From: an uncultured Candidatus Actinomarina sp.
GTDB lineage: Bacteria > Actinomycetota > Acidimicrobiia > Actinomarinales > Actinomarinaceae
Direction of reading: 5' to 3'
DNA: 64,000 nucleotides
Assembly: GCA_902634185.1 (NCBI GenBank)
Contig: CACPJC010000004.1
Location: 32,001 to 96,000, forward strand
Under the pieces are notes generated by a model. It was not told where the DNA came from. It did not search any database and was given only the letters and a program-made list of their open reading frames with translations. The translations under genes and the position numbers were made by a program. Shown here one piece after another: positions 44,042-53,138 of the stretch (positions within the stretch are counted from its first letter, which is position 1; each line of letters begins with the position of its first letter).

Positions 44042-44067
44042 AGCCCCTAGGTAACTAGGGGTTTTTC
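44042..44067 (+). terminator. rRNA operon intrinsic terminator
   Basis: AGCCCCTAG-GTAA-CTAGGGGTT plus T-tract. Confidence 0.88.
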
Positions 44068-44082
44068 TTCTATAATTACAAT

Positions 44083-44463
44083 GTGAAATTTAAAGAAATT
44101 ATAAAACTTTCAATGATCCCTCTCATAATCTTTTTTATTGGACTTTTTATATTTGTCAATTTTTTTGATTACGCAAAAACATTCTACGACATAATCCCAG
44201 GTGAGATAGTTGGTGATGTTAATTTTTCAACATATCCAGGTGCAGTTTATATTTTTTTTATTTATTTATTGTTTCAATATGTTAGAACAAAGAATTTAAA
44301 ATATATAGATATAACGATTATGTTTCTTTCTTGTTTTGTTTTTGCAAGAACTTTTTCAATAATTTTTAATGGTTTAAGTTATTCACTTTTTATTCCTATT
44401 GCACTCATTCCAGAATATATTGGTTTGCCATTATTAATTTATATAAGAAAAAGAGTTTTGTGA
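44083..44463 (+). CDS. Small 4-TM membrane protein (DUF4345-like)
   Basis: Hydrophobic; R..S....G motif and a late Glu; TATAAT 6 nt before the GTG. Confidence 0.7.
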   Translation: MKFKEIIKLSMIPLIIFFIGLFIFVNFFDYAKTFYDIIPGEIVGDVNFSTYPGAVYIFFIYLLFQYVRTKNLKYIDITIMFLSCFVFARTFSIIFNGLSYSLFIPIALIPEYIGLPLLIYIRKRVL

Positions 44464-44888
44464 ACAAAACTAACTTACATAAATTATTGAATACTTATTT
44501 ATTTTTTTTACTCATAATAGGTTGCGTATTGGCTCTCTATTCAATTTTTTTTCCTAATTCAACATTTCTATTTTTTCAACAAACATACATTGAAGTCTTA
44601 GGTATGACTGATACTGGTGCTAATGGTCATTTAACTTTATTAACGTATCCATTAAGTTTATATTTAATGAATACATTTGCTTGTTTTCAATATTTACGAA
44701 CTCAAAAGATCTTTTACCTTGATTTGTTATCAATAATTTGGACTACTGTACTTGTATCAAGAATTATTTCTATTTTAATAAAAGGAGATGTAACTATTGA
44801 CTTATATTTCTTTTTTGGAATACTTACAGAATTCCTAATTGCTCCATCACTTATTTTTTTTCGAAATAAACTAATTAAAGAAAGTTGA
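44460..44888 (+). CDS. Small 4-TM membrane protein, paralog of the preceding gene
   Basis: Shares YP, FQY.RT....Y.D, R..SI...G and E....P.LI..R with 44083-44463; GTGA overlap. Confidence 0.7.
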   Translation: MNKTNLHKLLNTYLFFLLIIGCVLALYSIFFPNSTFLFFQQTYIEVLGMTDTGANGHLTLLTYPLSLYLMNTFACFQYLRTQKIFYLDLLSIIWTTVLVSRIISILIKGDVTIDLYFFFGILTEFLIAPSLIFFRNKLIKES

Positions 44889-45803
44889 TTAGTTTTTGGT
44901 TAAATAATTTCTAATACCATTTATTTGCATTACAAAATTACCATTTCCAATATAGTTTTTTATTGTTTCATTATCAATATCTAATGATTTATAGTTTTTA
45001 GTTATCCACTGTACTAACTCAGTACTTGCCTCATCATCACTAAGATGTTCAATATTGTTAATAAACATTATCCAATTATCTATGCTTTCCTTCGCATCAC
45101 TAATAAGTTGATAAGGTTTTTTGTGAACGCCAAAATGTGCGATTGCTAGCTGATTAATTTCTAAATTTTCAAAACTATCTAGAGTTTGGAATAATGTTTC
45201 CTTATTAAAGTCAGGGGGAGGAAGATTAGGTTGAACAAAATCTCCATGTGGATATATTAATCCAAGTGTATCACCCATAAATAAAGTTCCGGAATATTCA
45301 TCATAAAAAGTGTAATGGTGCTTGGCATGTCCAGGACTGTACAAAGCTTTGAGATTCCTATTTGATTCAAGCTTTAAATCAGCTCCATCATTGAGTGATT
45401 TTATTTTTTCTAATGGAATAGGTTTTATTTCACCCCAGTTTTTTTTAAGCCAATCTTCTGTATAAACATCACTTACGGCTTTCCATAATCTCTCTGGGTT
45501 TGGCAAATGTTTCAAACCTAACTCATGTACGTATACAAAATTTTCTTTAAATCTTTGGTTTAAATGTCCGATACCACCTACATGGTCTAAATGTAAATGA
45601 GTAATAGCTGTTCTTTTAATATCTTGTATTCCAAGCGACTCTAATGCTGAGATTAAATATGGAAATGAATTTGAAGGACCAACCTCAATTAATATTGGAT
45701 CCGATGTATCTATATAATAACATGACATTCTTTGAGGTTTACCCTCCATATGAACATCAATTTGATATATATCATTATCAAATTTTGTTACGTCTGTGTT
45801 CAT
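44889..45803 (-). CDS. MBL-fold metallo-hydrolase
   Basis: THLHLDH.GG, PGHAKHH, GD and AHFG motifs. Confidence 0.92.
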   Translation of the reverse strand: MNTDVTKFDNDIYQIDVHMEGKPQRMSCYYIDTSDPILIEVGPSNSFPYLISALESLGIQDIKRTAITHLHLDHVGGIGHLNQRFKENFVYVHELGLKHLPNPERLWKAVSDVYTEDWLKKNWGEIKPIPLEKIKSLNDGADLKLESNRNLKALYSPGHAKHHYTFYDEYSGTLFMGDTLGLIYPHGDFVQPNLPPPDFNKETLFQTLDSFENLEINQLAIAHFGVHKKPYQLISDAKESIDNWIMFINNIEHLSDDEASTELVQWITKNYKSLDIDNETIKNYIGNGNFVMQINGIRNYLTKN

Positions 45804-45847
45804 ATATACATTTTTGCATACAAAAGTTATAAACTACAATGTTTACA

Positions 45848-47278
45848 GTGAATGTTTCATTAGCAAGTACAGCGGAATACAGTTCAAAAGCAGCTGAATC
45901 CATTAAAGATTTAAATCCCAATGCTGCAGATTTACTGATTACAAGTGTAATTACATCAATGGTTACTGATCTCGGTGTTGTTGCTCCTACTGCTTCTGGA
46001 CTTTTAACTTATTATGATGGCGATAACAATTCAACACATTCAGTAGATGGCTATTTTGTAGCCCCAAAAAAATTTGATGGAAATGATCATGAAGAACATC
46101 GAATTTCTATGACTTATGGTGGTCATGTTGAAACATGCAAGGGAGCAAATACATTCGCTGTTCCAGGTATTTATAAGATTCTTAACCTAATTTTCAAAAG
46201 ATATGCGTCTCTTCCATTGGATAAACTATTAGAATTTCCTATAAAAACTGCAAAAGATGGTTTTAAATTAACTCAACCAACAAAAGACTATTTTATTCAT
46301 TCATTAGAACCCATGTTCATGTGGCATGAACAATCAAAAATTGCTTTAGCTGATGTGCATGAAGATTTAGAAAATGGAATTGTTAAACTTGATAGATTAG
46401 CTGACACGTTAAGTCATATGTCAGATGAAGGATTCAATGATTTTTATATTGGGGATATTTCCAAATCAATAGTTGAAACATTAAAGATTGAAGGTGGGCA
46501 TGCTACGCAAGATGATTTCAATGGATATGAATTAATTGAAGAAAATAAGTTTGAATATCAGTACAAACATTTAAAATTAACAGGGCATTCTGGACCTTCA
46601 ATTGGTGGCTTAATGGTACTTAAGTACTTAAATGCGTTATCTGTAGAATCTCAAAATATTGAAGAAACTCTAAAAAATGTTTATTTGGATAGACAAAATA
46701 ACTATGAGTTTTTTGGTAGCAGGGGGGACTTAATCAATAATGAAATATCAAAAATTTCAACATCTTCATCTACAATACAGGTAAACACATCAGATAAAAA
46801 TAATTTTCATTTTTCAATAACCTTTTCCAGTGGTTATGGATCTGGTGTTTTATGTAAAAATACGGGTATGTATTTCAACAACTCTTTAGGAGAAATTGAG
46901 CTAAATCCACAAGGTTTTCTTGGTGACACTAAGGGAGATAGATTGATATCAAACATGAGTCCTTTAATTATTGAATCAAATGAAGGAATTAGTACCATTG
47001 GATCTCCAGGGGCTGACAGAATAAGCTCAGCCATTGCTCAAGTTTTAACAAATTATACAAATGGCAACACATGGAAAGAATCAATAGATATGCCAAGATT
47101 TCATGTAAATGCTGATGGAGGAGTAAGAGCAGAACCAGGATACGATAACATAAATGAAAATACAACAATCACTGAACCATTTGATATGTATTTTGGTGGT
47201 GTTTGTGTGACTGGTAGTAATGATGATATTTTTAGCTATGGAGATAAAAGAAGGGGTAATACTTCTTGGAAATGTTAG
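45848..47278 (+). CDS. Gamma-glutamyltransferase family (Ntn-hydrolase) protein
   Basis: AVPG, A.DGF, SGYGSG, NNSLGE, SNMSP, GSPG..RI and PRFH motifs; GTG 45848 preferred as start (TACAAT 7 nt upstream). Confidence 0.85.
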   Translation: MNVSLASTAEYSSKAAESIKDLNPNAADLLITSVITSMVTDLGVVAPTASGLLTYYDGDNNSTHSVDGYFVAPKKFDGNDHEEHRISMTYGGHVETCKGANTFAVPGIYKILNLIFKRYASLPLDKLLEFPIKTAKDGFKLTQPTKDYFIHSLEPMFMWHEQSKIALADVHEDLENGIVKLDRLADTLSHMSDEGFNDFYIGDISKSIVETLKIEGGHATQDDFNGYELIEENKFEYQYKHLKLTGHSGPSIGGLMVLKYLNALSVESQNIEETLKNVYLDRQNNYEFFGSRGDLINNEISKISTSSSTIQVNTSDKNNFHFSITFSSGYGSGVLCKNTGMYFNNSLGEIELNPQGFLGDTKGDRLISNMSPLIIESNEGISTIGSPGADRISSAIAQVLTNYTNGNTWKESIDMPRFHVNADGGVRAEPGYDNINENTTITEPFDMYFGGVCVTGSNDDIFSYGDKRRGNTSWKC

Positions 47279-47964
47279 AAAAACTACCTCATAAAATTCT
47301 TTTTTACTTTGGTTTGATTGTTGTATTTGTATTTATAGGTCTGTCATATTGGCAATTAACAAGGTATCAAGAAGATAAACTGATAATTGACTCTATTGAC
47401 TCAAAAGATTTTATAAATGAAATATCTGTGTCAGATTTATATGATTTAAATAAATTTGAAGAATTTACAAAAATTAAATTAACTGAAAATTTAGAGAATA
47501 TAGATCTGATAAGAACTTGGTATTTGCGATCACGTGTTCATAATGGAGAAAACGGATATCACCTTGTTAGTTTGTACGGGACAGAATTAGAAGAATATTT
47601 TTTAATTAATAATGGATGGGTTCCCCTTAATAAAAATGCAGATGAAACATTTTTATACAAAAATCAAAATTTTAAAGGCAGATTATTAAATTACGATATT
47701 CAGGGTGTTGGACAAGATGATATACCTGATTCAGATTATTTATTTAGAATAGACAAATCATTTTTAGAAAGTGAAACAGGAGTTGTTCTTCCAGAATTCT
47801 ATATCGTCTTAATAGATGATTGTGGGAGTGGGGTAGAGTGTATAAATTTAGAAGAACCATACGATGCTCCGCATTTAAGTTATGCTTTTCAGTGGGCTTT
47901 TTTTGCTTTATGTTTAACAATTGTTGTTCTTAGGAAAAATAATTTAATTACATGGAAAAGATAG
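47266..47964 (+). CDS. SURF1 family protein
   Basis: L..WQ..R, GY, IN.GWVP and HLSYAFQW..F motifs. Confidence 0.9.
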   Translation: MEMLEKLPHKILFYFGLIVVFVFIGLSYWQLTRYQEDKLIIDSIDSKDFINEISVSDLYDLNKFEEFTKIKLTENLENIDLIRTWYLRSRVHNGENGYHLVSLYGTELEEYFLINNGWVPLNKNADETFLYKNQNFKGRLLNYDIQGVGQDDIPDSDYLFRIDKSFLESETGVVLPEFYIVLIDDCGSGVECINLEEPYDAPHLSYAFQWAFFALCLTIVVLRKNNLITWKR

Positions 47965-48845
47965 ATTTAAATAACATTTCATTGTCTTATGAAACAAAAG
48001 GTAAGGGGAGTGATGTCTTGTTACTCCATGGCTTTCCATCCAATATGTACATGTGGAATGAAATAAAGAATGAATTAATCGAAAATGGCTACAGGGTTAC
48101 AATCATAGAACAAAGGGGGTATCCTTTATCAAGATTAGAAAATTTTGATGTACATTCTTATAATATTGAAGAATTATCAAAAGATATTGAAGAATTAATA
48201 GTAAAACTAAAACTTGACCAAAATTTAACAATTGTCGGACATGACTGGGGATCTATTGTTGCATGGGCACTTACATCACGTGAAAAAGTTAATATTAATA
48301 AATTAGTTTCTTTATGCGGTGGAACTGAATTTCCAATATCAGATGTATATAGTAATTTAACATACAGAGAAAAACCTCATTATATTTCATCATTTCAAAA
48401 TGTTAGAGAGTCTGCAAATATTATTGATAACAATCTAGAGTCTTTCTTTAGATCTGCTTATAGAAACAATAATCAAATAGGAAAGAGTATAGATCTTTCA
48501 CTAGAAAACGTTTTTATAAATTATTCATCAGAAAGTTGTGTCATGAATGAAAATGAAATTGTTAATTTAATTCAACACTTTGATGAAACCTCACTAGATC
48601 AACCAATTGCATGGTATGCAAATATAGATTTAAACTCAGAGCTGAGCTCAGCCTGGAGAAAGATAGTAACAACTCCTGTACATTTTGTATTTGGTGAGGT
48701 TGATGCTGCTGTAAAATTAAATAGTAAAATGCGAGAAAGACTTATGTCCAGTGGAAGCAATGTTAAGATAACAGAGATACCTGGTGCAGGACATTGGCTA
48801 CCAATTACCCACAGGGAGAGTGTTTTAAAGGTAATTTATGCATAA
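47952..48845 (+). CDS. Alpha/beta hydrolase, epoxide-hydrolase-like
   Basis: HGFP, RGY..S, GHDWG and GHW motifs. Confidence 0.9.
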   Translation: MEKIDLNNISLSYETKGKGSDVLLLHGFPSNMYMWNEIKNELIENGYRVTIIEQRGYPLSRLENFDVHSYNIEELSKDIEELIVKLKLDQNLTIVGHDWGSIVAWALTSREKVNINKLVSLCGGTEFPISDVYSNLTYREKPHYISSFQNVRESANIIDNNLESFFRSAYRNNNQIGKSIDLSLENVFINYSSESCVMNENEIVNLIQHFDETSLDQPIAWYANIDLNSELSSAWRKIVTTPVHFVFGEVDAAVKLNSKMRERLMSSGSNVKITEIPGAGHWLPITHRESVLKVIYA

Positions 48846-48860
48846 ATTATTATTATCTGT

Positions 48861-48888
48861 TTGTCCTATAATATATATTATGTTGCGT
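48861..48888 (+). other. dif: Putative dif site (Xer chromosome-dimer resolution)
   Basis: TTGTCCTATAA-TATATA-TTATGTTGCGT has the 11-6-11 layout, close to Firmicutes-type dif (ACTTCCTATAA-TATATA-TTATGTAAACT); about 1 kb from the strand switch. Confidence 0.8.
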
Positions 48889-48889
48889 T

Positions 48890-49840
48890 ATGTATAAAGC
48901 AGTATTGCATGATCATTTGGATGGCGGATTAAGGGCAGTTACTGCCAAAGAACTTGCAATTAAAGACAATTACTCTCCCTTACTTAATGTTGATGATATA
49001 GAAAGTTTTTTTAATAGAGAATCGTCAGAATCTCTTGAAGATTATCTTGAAGCATTTGTACACACAACAGCTCTAATGAATAGTTACGAAAATCTTGAAA
49101 GAATTGCTTTTGAGGCAGCTGAAGATATGCATAATGAAGGTATTACACATTATGAAAGTAGGTACGCTCCCCTTTATTCGGTAAATAATTCGTTAACACC
49201 AAAAGATGTAATAGATGCAATAAATTCTGGGTTTAAACAAGCTGAAGATTTATATGGGATACAATCTGGTCTTATTTTATGTGGAATGAGAAATGATACA
49301 AATAATGTTAAACAAGTTACTGAAATTGCAATTAATTATAAAGAAAATATTATTGGCTTTGATATTGCAGGACCTGAATTAAATTATTTACCATCATTAT
49401 TTAGTGATGAATTCAAGAAGCTAGTTGAAAACAATGTGAATTTAACAATACATGCTGGAGAAGGTGATGGAGTAAACTCTATTCAAGAAGCATTAGATAA
49501 TGGAGCAAAAAGAATTGGCCACGGTGTACGGATAATTGAAGATATTGACCTTGAAACAGGCTTATTCGGACCTACAGCAACACATATTTTTGAAAACAAT
49601 ATTCCTCTTGAGATTTGTATAAGCTCAAACATACACACAAATATGTACTCTGACTACAAAGATCATCCGATAAAAGATTTATTAGAGCTTAACTTTCCAG
49701 TAACGATAAATACTGACAACAGGCTTATGAGCAATACAAATATATTAAAAGAAATTACTATTGCAGAAAATTTAAATATAACCAACGCAAATAAATTGTT
49801 AGAAAAATCAGCTAGCTATAGTTTCTTGAATAATTTCTGA
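48890..49840 (+). CDS. add: Adenosine deaminase
   Basis: HDHLDG, GFDIAGPE, HAGE, RIGHG and NTDN motifs. Confidence 0.95.
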   Translation: MYKAVLHDHLDGGLRAVTAKELAIKDNYSPLLNVDDIESFFNRESSESLEDYLEAFVHTTALMNSYENLERIAFEAAEDMHNEGITHYESRYAPLYSVNNSLTPKDVIDAINSGFKQAEDLYGIQSGLILCGMRNDTNNVKQVTEIAINYKENIIGFDIAGPELNYLPSLFSDEFKKLVENNVNLTIHAGEGDGVNSIQEALDNGAKRIGHGVRIIEDIDLETGLFGPTATHIFENNIPLEICISSNIHTNMYSDYKDHPIKDLLELNFPVTINTDNRLMSNTNILKEITIAENLNITNANKLLEKSASYSFLNNF

Positions 49841-50140
49841 ATTATTCTTACTAAGTATATTGTAAAAATCTTCTTCGTTGAAAAGCCTAAAATTAAGATT
49901 TGGGTAAAGCTTTCTTGCCATTTTAAGTTTTTTTCTTTTTTTTGTTATTAGATTTTGATTCATTGTAGTGATTTCTACAAAAAGGTTAAGCGTTGGTAAG
50001 TAAAAATCAGGGGTAAACATTTTTTTAATTGAACCACTACCCCACTCTAAAGGAAAGCTCACAGGTTCATATATCCATTCAATATCGAATAAGTCTAAGT
50101 GCTCTGAAAATGTTTTCTCAGAAGGATGAGCGAATTTCAT
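49808..50140 (-). CDS. PD-(D/E)XK-superfamily nuclease-like protein (T7 endonuclease I-like pattern)
   Basis: SE..., W.YEP, FTPDFYLP and FVEITT; basic C-terminus. Confidence 0.65.
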   Translation of the reverse strand: MKFAHPSEKTFSEHLDLFDIEWIYEPVSFPLEWGSGSIKKMFTPDFYLPTLNLFVEITTMNQNLITKKRKKLKMARKLYPNLNFRLFNEEDFYNILSKNNSEIIQETIAS

Positions 50141-50580
50141 GCATTCGTTGCAGAAATTTTTTCTGGATAAAGAGAATGAATTTCTGCTTCCGTTTCAGTG
50201 TGAATTGGCCCTAGTGAAATACCAAAGACAGCTTGCCCCTGTTTGATTAGATCTAACATTTCATTATTATTTGTTATTACATATATTGATTTCCCATCGG
50301 AGAAAATTGAAACGTCTGAAATATCAATATTTTTTCCCAAAATTTGTTTTACATTTTTAAGAGCAAGTCTTATTTTCTGAAGACTCACACCAGCCTCTCG
50401 CAATTTATTGACTAATTTAATTTTAATAATGTCTTGAAATGAGTAAATTCTATGATATCCAGAACCTTTTATGTTTCTAATTGAAGCATCAACCAATGAT
50501 GTTGTTGTCCAATGATCAAGTTGTCTGTATGATATTCCAGTGATCTTGCAAACCTCTGGACCTGTGTAACCCTGTTGCAT
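50137..50580 (-). CDS. MerR-family transcriptional regulator (Rv1830-like)
   Basis: GY.GP.VC...GISYRQLD.W, R.YSF.D and GQAVFGI motifs. Confidence 0.92.
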   Translation of the reverse strand: MQQGYTGPEVCKITGISYRQLDHWTTTSLVDASIRNIKGSGYHRIYSFQDIIKIKLVNKLREAGVSLQKIRLALKNVKQILGKNIDISDVSIFSDGKSIYVITNNNEMLDLIKQGQAVFGISLGPIHTETEAEIHSLYPEKISATNA

Positions 50581-50618
50581 AAGGTTAATTTACTAGCAAA
50601 AAATATATAATCAAGGTT

Positions 50619-51098
50619 TTATGCAAAATCCTCTGGATTTATGTTATCAATAAAATTCTTAAATTCCTCAATTTCATTGGTTTTATCATGAATTAGGTCA
50701 ATTGAGTTGTTTATAAAAAGATCTTCATTAACAGAAATAGTAGTATCTGCTCTTAATGCGAGAGCTATAGCGTCACTTGGTCTTGCAGATAAAGAAACTC
50801 TACCTTGATCTCCAAGGATGATGATTTCTGCAAAATAAGTGTTGTCATGAAGATCTGAAATAACAACTTCATCGATATTTCCATTTAGGGACTCAATAAT
50901 ATCAATAATTAAATCATGAGTTTGTGGTCTCGGATGCTTTATTCCTTCTTGAGCATATGCAATGGACACTGCTTCAATAGTACCGATCCAAATTGGTAGA
51001 ACTTTTTGACTATTTGGATCAAGTAAGAGCATAATTGGAGTTTCAGTATTTTCTTCTAATCTGATACTGTTTACTTCAACATTAATATTCTTTTTCAT
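50619..51098 (-). CDS. Bifunctional nuclease family protein (Rv1829-like, DUF151)
   Basis: LPIWIG..EA, RP.THDL, ARPSDAIALA and F...I.PEDF motifs. Confidence 0.93.
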   Translation of the reverse strand: MKKNINVEVNSIRLEENTETPIMLLLDPNSQKVLPIWIGTIEAVSIAYAQEGIKHPRPQTHDLIIDIIESLNGNIDEVVISDLHDNTYFAEIIILGDQGRVSLSARPSDAIALALRADTTISVNEDLFINNSIDLIHDKTNEIEEFKNFIDNINPEDFA

Positions 51099-51148
51099 AA
51101 TTTAAGAATAGATAAGTTCATAAATATTTTGAAAACAATATTTATAAT

Positions 51149-52231
51149 TTATCGATTATTATTTGCAAAACCTGAAAAAAAGCGTGTTAAATTTAAATCC
51201 CAATTAACTGAATTGAGAGATTCAGAAGTTTTAACATTGTAAAAATCATCATTTACAATGTAGCTAAATTTAGTTTTACTAAATCCAGATAAAGTAATAT
51301 TAGTAATATTAAATTTGTTCCCAAAAACATACCAGGGTGTAGTGGATTTCACTGTTGTAACGTCTGTGCTGTTTCGTATTTTATATATATCAATATTCGT
51401 ATCTATAACAACATTGTTTATATATGTATCTATTGAAGCTGTATAAAGATTCTGTGTGTCGATAAAATGGTTATCTTTTTTTTCATTAACAAATGACTTG
51501 TTCACAATAGTTAAAATATTTCTATCATTTGATTGATTTAAACCTATAAAAGTTAACCCAGCTTTATTTGTCCATCCCGTTTTTAAACCATAGAAGTTTC
51601 GATCGATTAATTTATTAGTATTTAGATATACTTTATCCTCTCCTTCAATGTTTGATATAAAACTTTGTCTCATAATTATCGATAACAGTTCGTAATTATT
51701 TATGACTTCCTTTGAAAGAATTAATAAATCACTCAATGTTGTAAAGTGACCTTCTTGATCTAAACCATCAGGATTTTTAAAATTTGTATTATTCATTCCT
51801 AATTGCTGTGCTCTGTTATTCATTAAATTAATGAAGTCATCCGTGTCTTCACTAAATAAACTAGCAACGGCATAACATGCATCATTTGCTGAGTAAATAA
51901 GTATGAATTCTAATAAACTTTCTATTGTCATTGATTGACCAGGTTTAAGATAAGCTACTTTTCCTTCATATAAATAATCAGAAGGTAAAGAAATTTCAAT
52001 GTAATCACTTAGGTTGTAGTTTTCAATAAGAATCAAAGAAGTCATTAATTTAGTTAAAGAAGCTGGAGCAACGCTTTCATTTATATTTTTAAAATACATA
52101 AATTCATCATTATCAAGGTCGAAAGATAGATAATATTGTGTAGTTAATAGATCTTCATCTACTTCAGAAGCAAAAGCAATATTTGTTAATAATAAAATTG
52201 AAACTAAAGAGGTAGCTATAAATCTTCTAAT
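51149..52231 (-). CDS. D-alanyl-D-alanine carboxypeptidase (peptidase S11) with signal peptide; inferred ATT start
   Basis: ASLTK (SxxK), SAN and KTG motifs. The frame is open 44 codons upstream of the ATG at 52099 and encodes IRRF-hydrophobic-AFA. Confidence 0.88.
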   Translation of the reverse strand: MRRFIATSLVSILLLTNIAFASEVDEDLLTTQYYLSFDLDNDEFMYFKNINESVAPASLTKLMTSLILIENYNLSDYIEISLPSDYLYEGKVAYLKPGQSMTIESLLEFILIYSANDACYAVASLFSEDTDDFINLMNNRAQQLGMNNTNFKNPDGLDQEGHFTTLSDLLILSKEVINNYELLSIIMRQSFISNIEGEDKVYLNTNKLIDRNFYGLKTGWTNKAGLTFIGLNQSNDRNILTIVNKSFVNEKKDNHFIDTQNLYTASIDTYINNVVIDTNIDIYKIRNSTDVTTVKSTTPWYVFGNKFNITNITLSGFSKTKFSYIVNDDFYNVKTSESLNSVNWDLNLTRFFSGFANNNR

Positions 52232-52791
52232 ATATAACTCCCAATAATTTCCGAAAATTTATCGATTGCAATTTTTATTTCATCAGGATCGTTATCGGAA
52301 ATTTGAAAGTATGTTTCAAAAAAACCTACTCCCCTATCTGACATTGATTTAATAACAGATAAATTTTTAACTCCAAGACCTAAGGAGAAAAGATAGGCAA
52401 GAGATGAAAATCTTTCTACGTCTTGTTGACTATAGATTTCTTTAATCTGCTCATATTTATAATCAACTAACTCCATAAAATCATCTTCTTTTAGACCAGA
52501 TTTTTTGAGCGCATCATGTTGTGAATAATTACTAATTACTATCTTCGAATTAGATGATGATGAAGTCAAAAGCTTTGGATTATTTTTAATTGCTTTAAGT
52601 GAGTAAAATTGGTTTTCCTGTAAATCTAAGATTTTCTTTATTTTTAAAATATCTTTATCAGAAAATGATCTTGTTCCTCCTTTTGATCTATTCGGTTTGA
52701 TTAAACCTTCTTTTTCTAAAAATCTGATTCGTGAAATTGTGACTGAAGGATATTCTTTTTTTATAATTTTTACAGCATTTCCAATATTCAT
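52216..52791 (-). CDS. MerR-family HTH regulator (Rv1828/FtsR-like)
   Basis: IG......YP.VTISRIRFLE.EGLI.P.R..GG.R.F motif. Confidence 0.88.
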   Translation of the reverse strand: MNIGNAVKIIKKEYPSVTISRIRFLEKEGLIKPNRSKGGTRSFSDKDILKIKKILDLQENQFYSLKAIKNNPKLLTSSSSNSKIVISNYSQHDALKKSGLKEDDFMELVDYKYEQIKEIYSQQDVERFSSLAYLFSLGLGVKNLSVIKSMSDRGVGFFETYFQISDNDPDEIKIAIDKFSEIIGSYILEDL

Positions 52792-53138
52792 TTTTTATCA
52801 ACTTTTGTAATAATCAAATTAAATTTCCCAATTTGGATTCTATGACCTGACATAAGAGATGATTCATTTGTTAGCTCTCCATTAACAAATATACCGTTTG
52901 TTGATTTTTCATCAGTAATAACAACTATGTCATCATCAACACTAATAAAGCCATGATTTCTTGAAACTGTTATATCATCAAGAATAATTTCTTTACTTTC
53001 TAATCTTCCTATTTTGTGTATACCATTTGTTAGTAACCATGATGAAGACTTTGTTTCATCATTTAACAATGATAAGATATACTTTGCTTCTTGATTGATG
53101 AAGATAGAATCTTCAAAGGGTATTGTGTCATTATTCAT
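52788..53138 (-). CDS. FHA-domain protein (GarA/OdhI-like)
   Basis: IGR, LDDITVSRNH, STNG.FVNG and QIGKF motifs; synteny. Confidence 0.9.
   Translation of the reverse strand: MNNDTIPFEDSIFINQEAKYILSLLNDETKSSSWLLTNGIHKIGRLESKEIILDDITVSRNHGFISVDDDIVVITDEKSTNGIFVNGELTNESSLMSGHRIQIGKFNLIITKVDKK

Noticed and set aside
48879-48896. Short uORF (MLRYV*) or frameshift at the add start
   Set aside because: The ATG is part of the dif right arm, and add has all its catalytic motifs from 48890.
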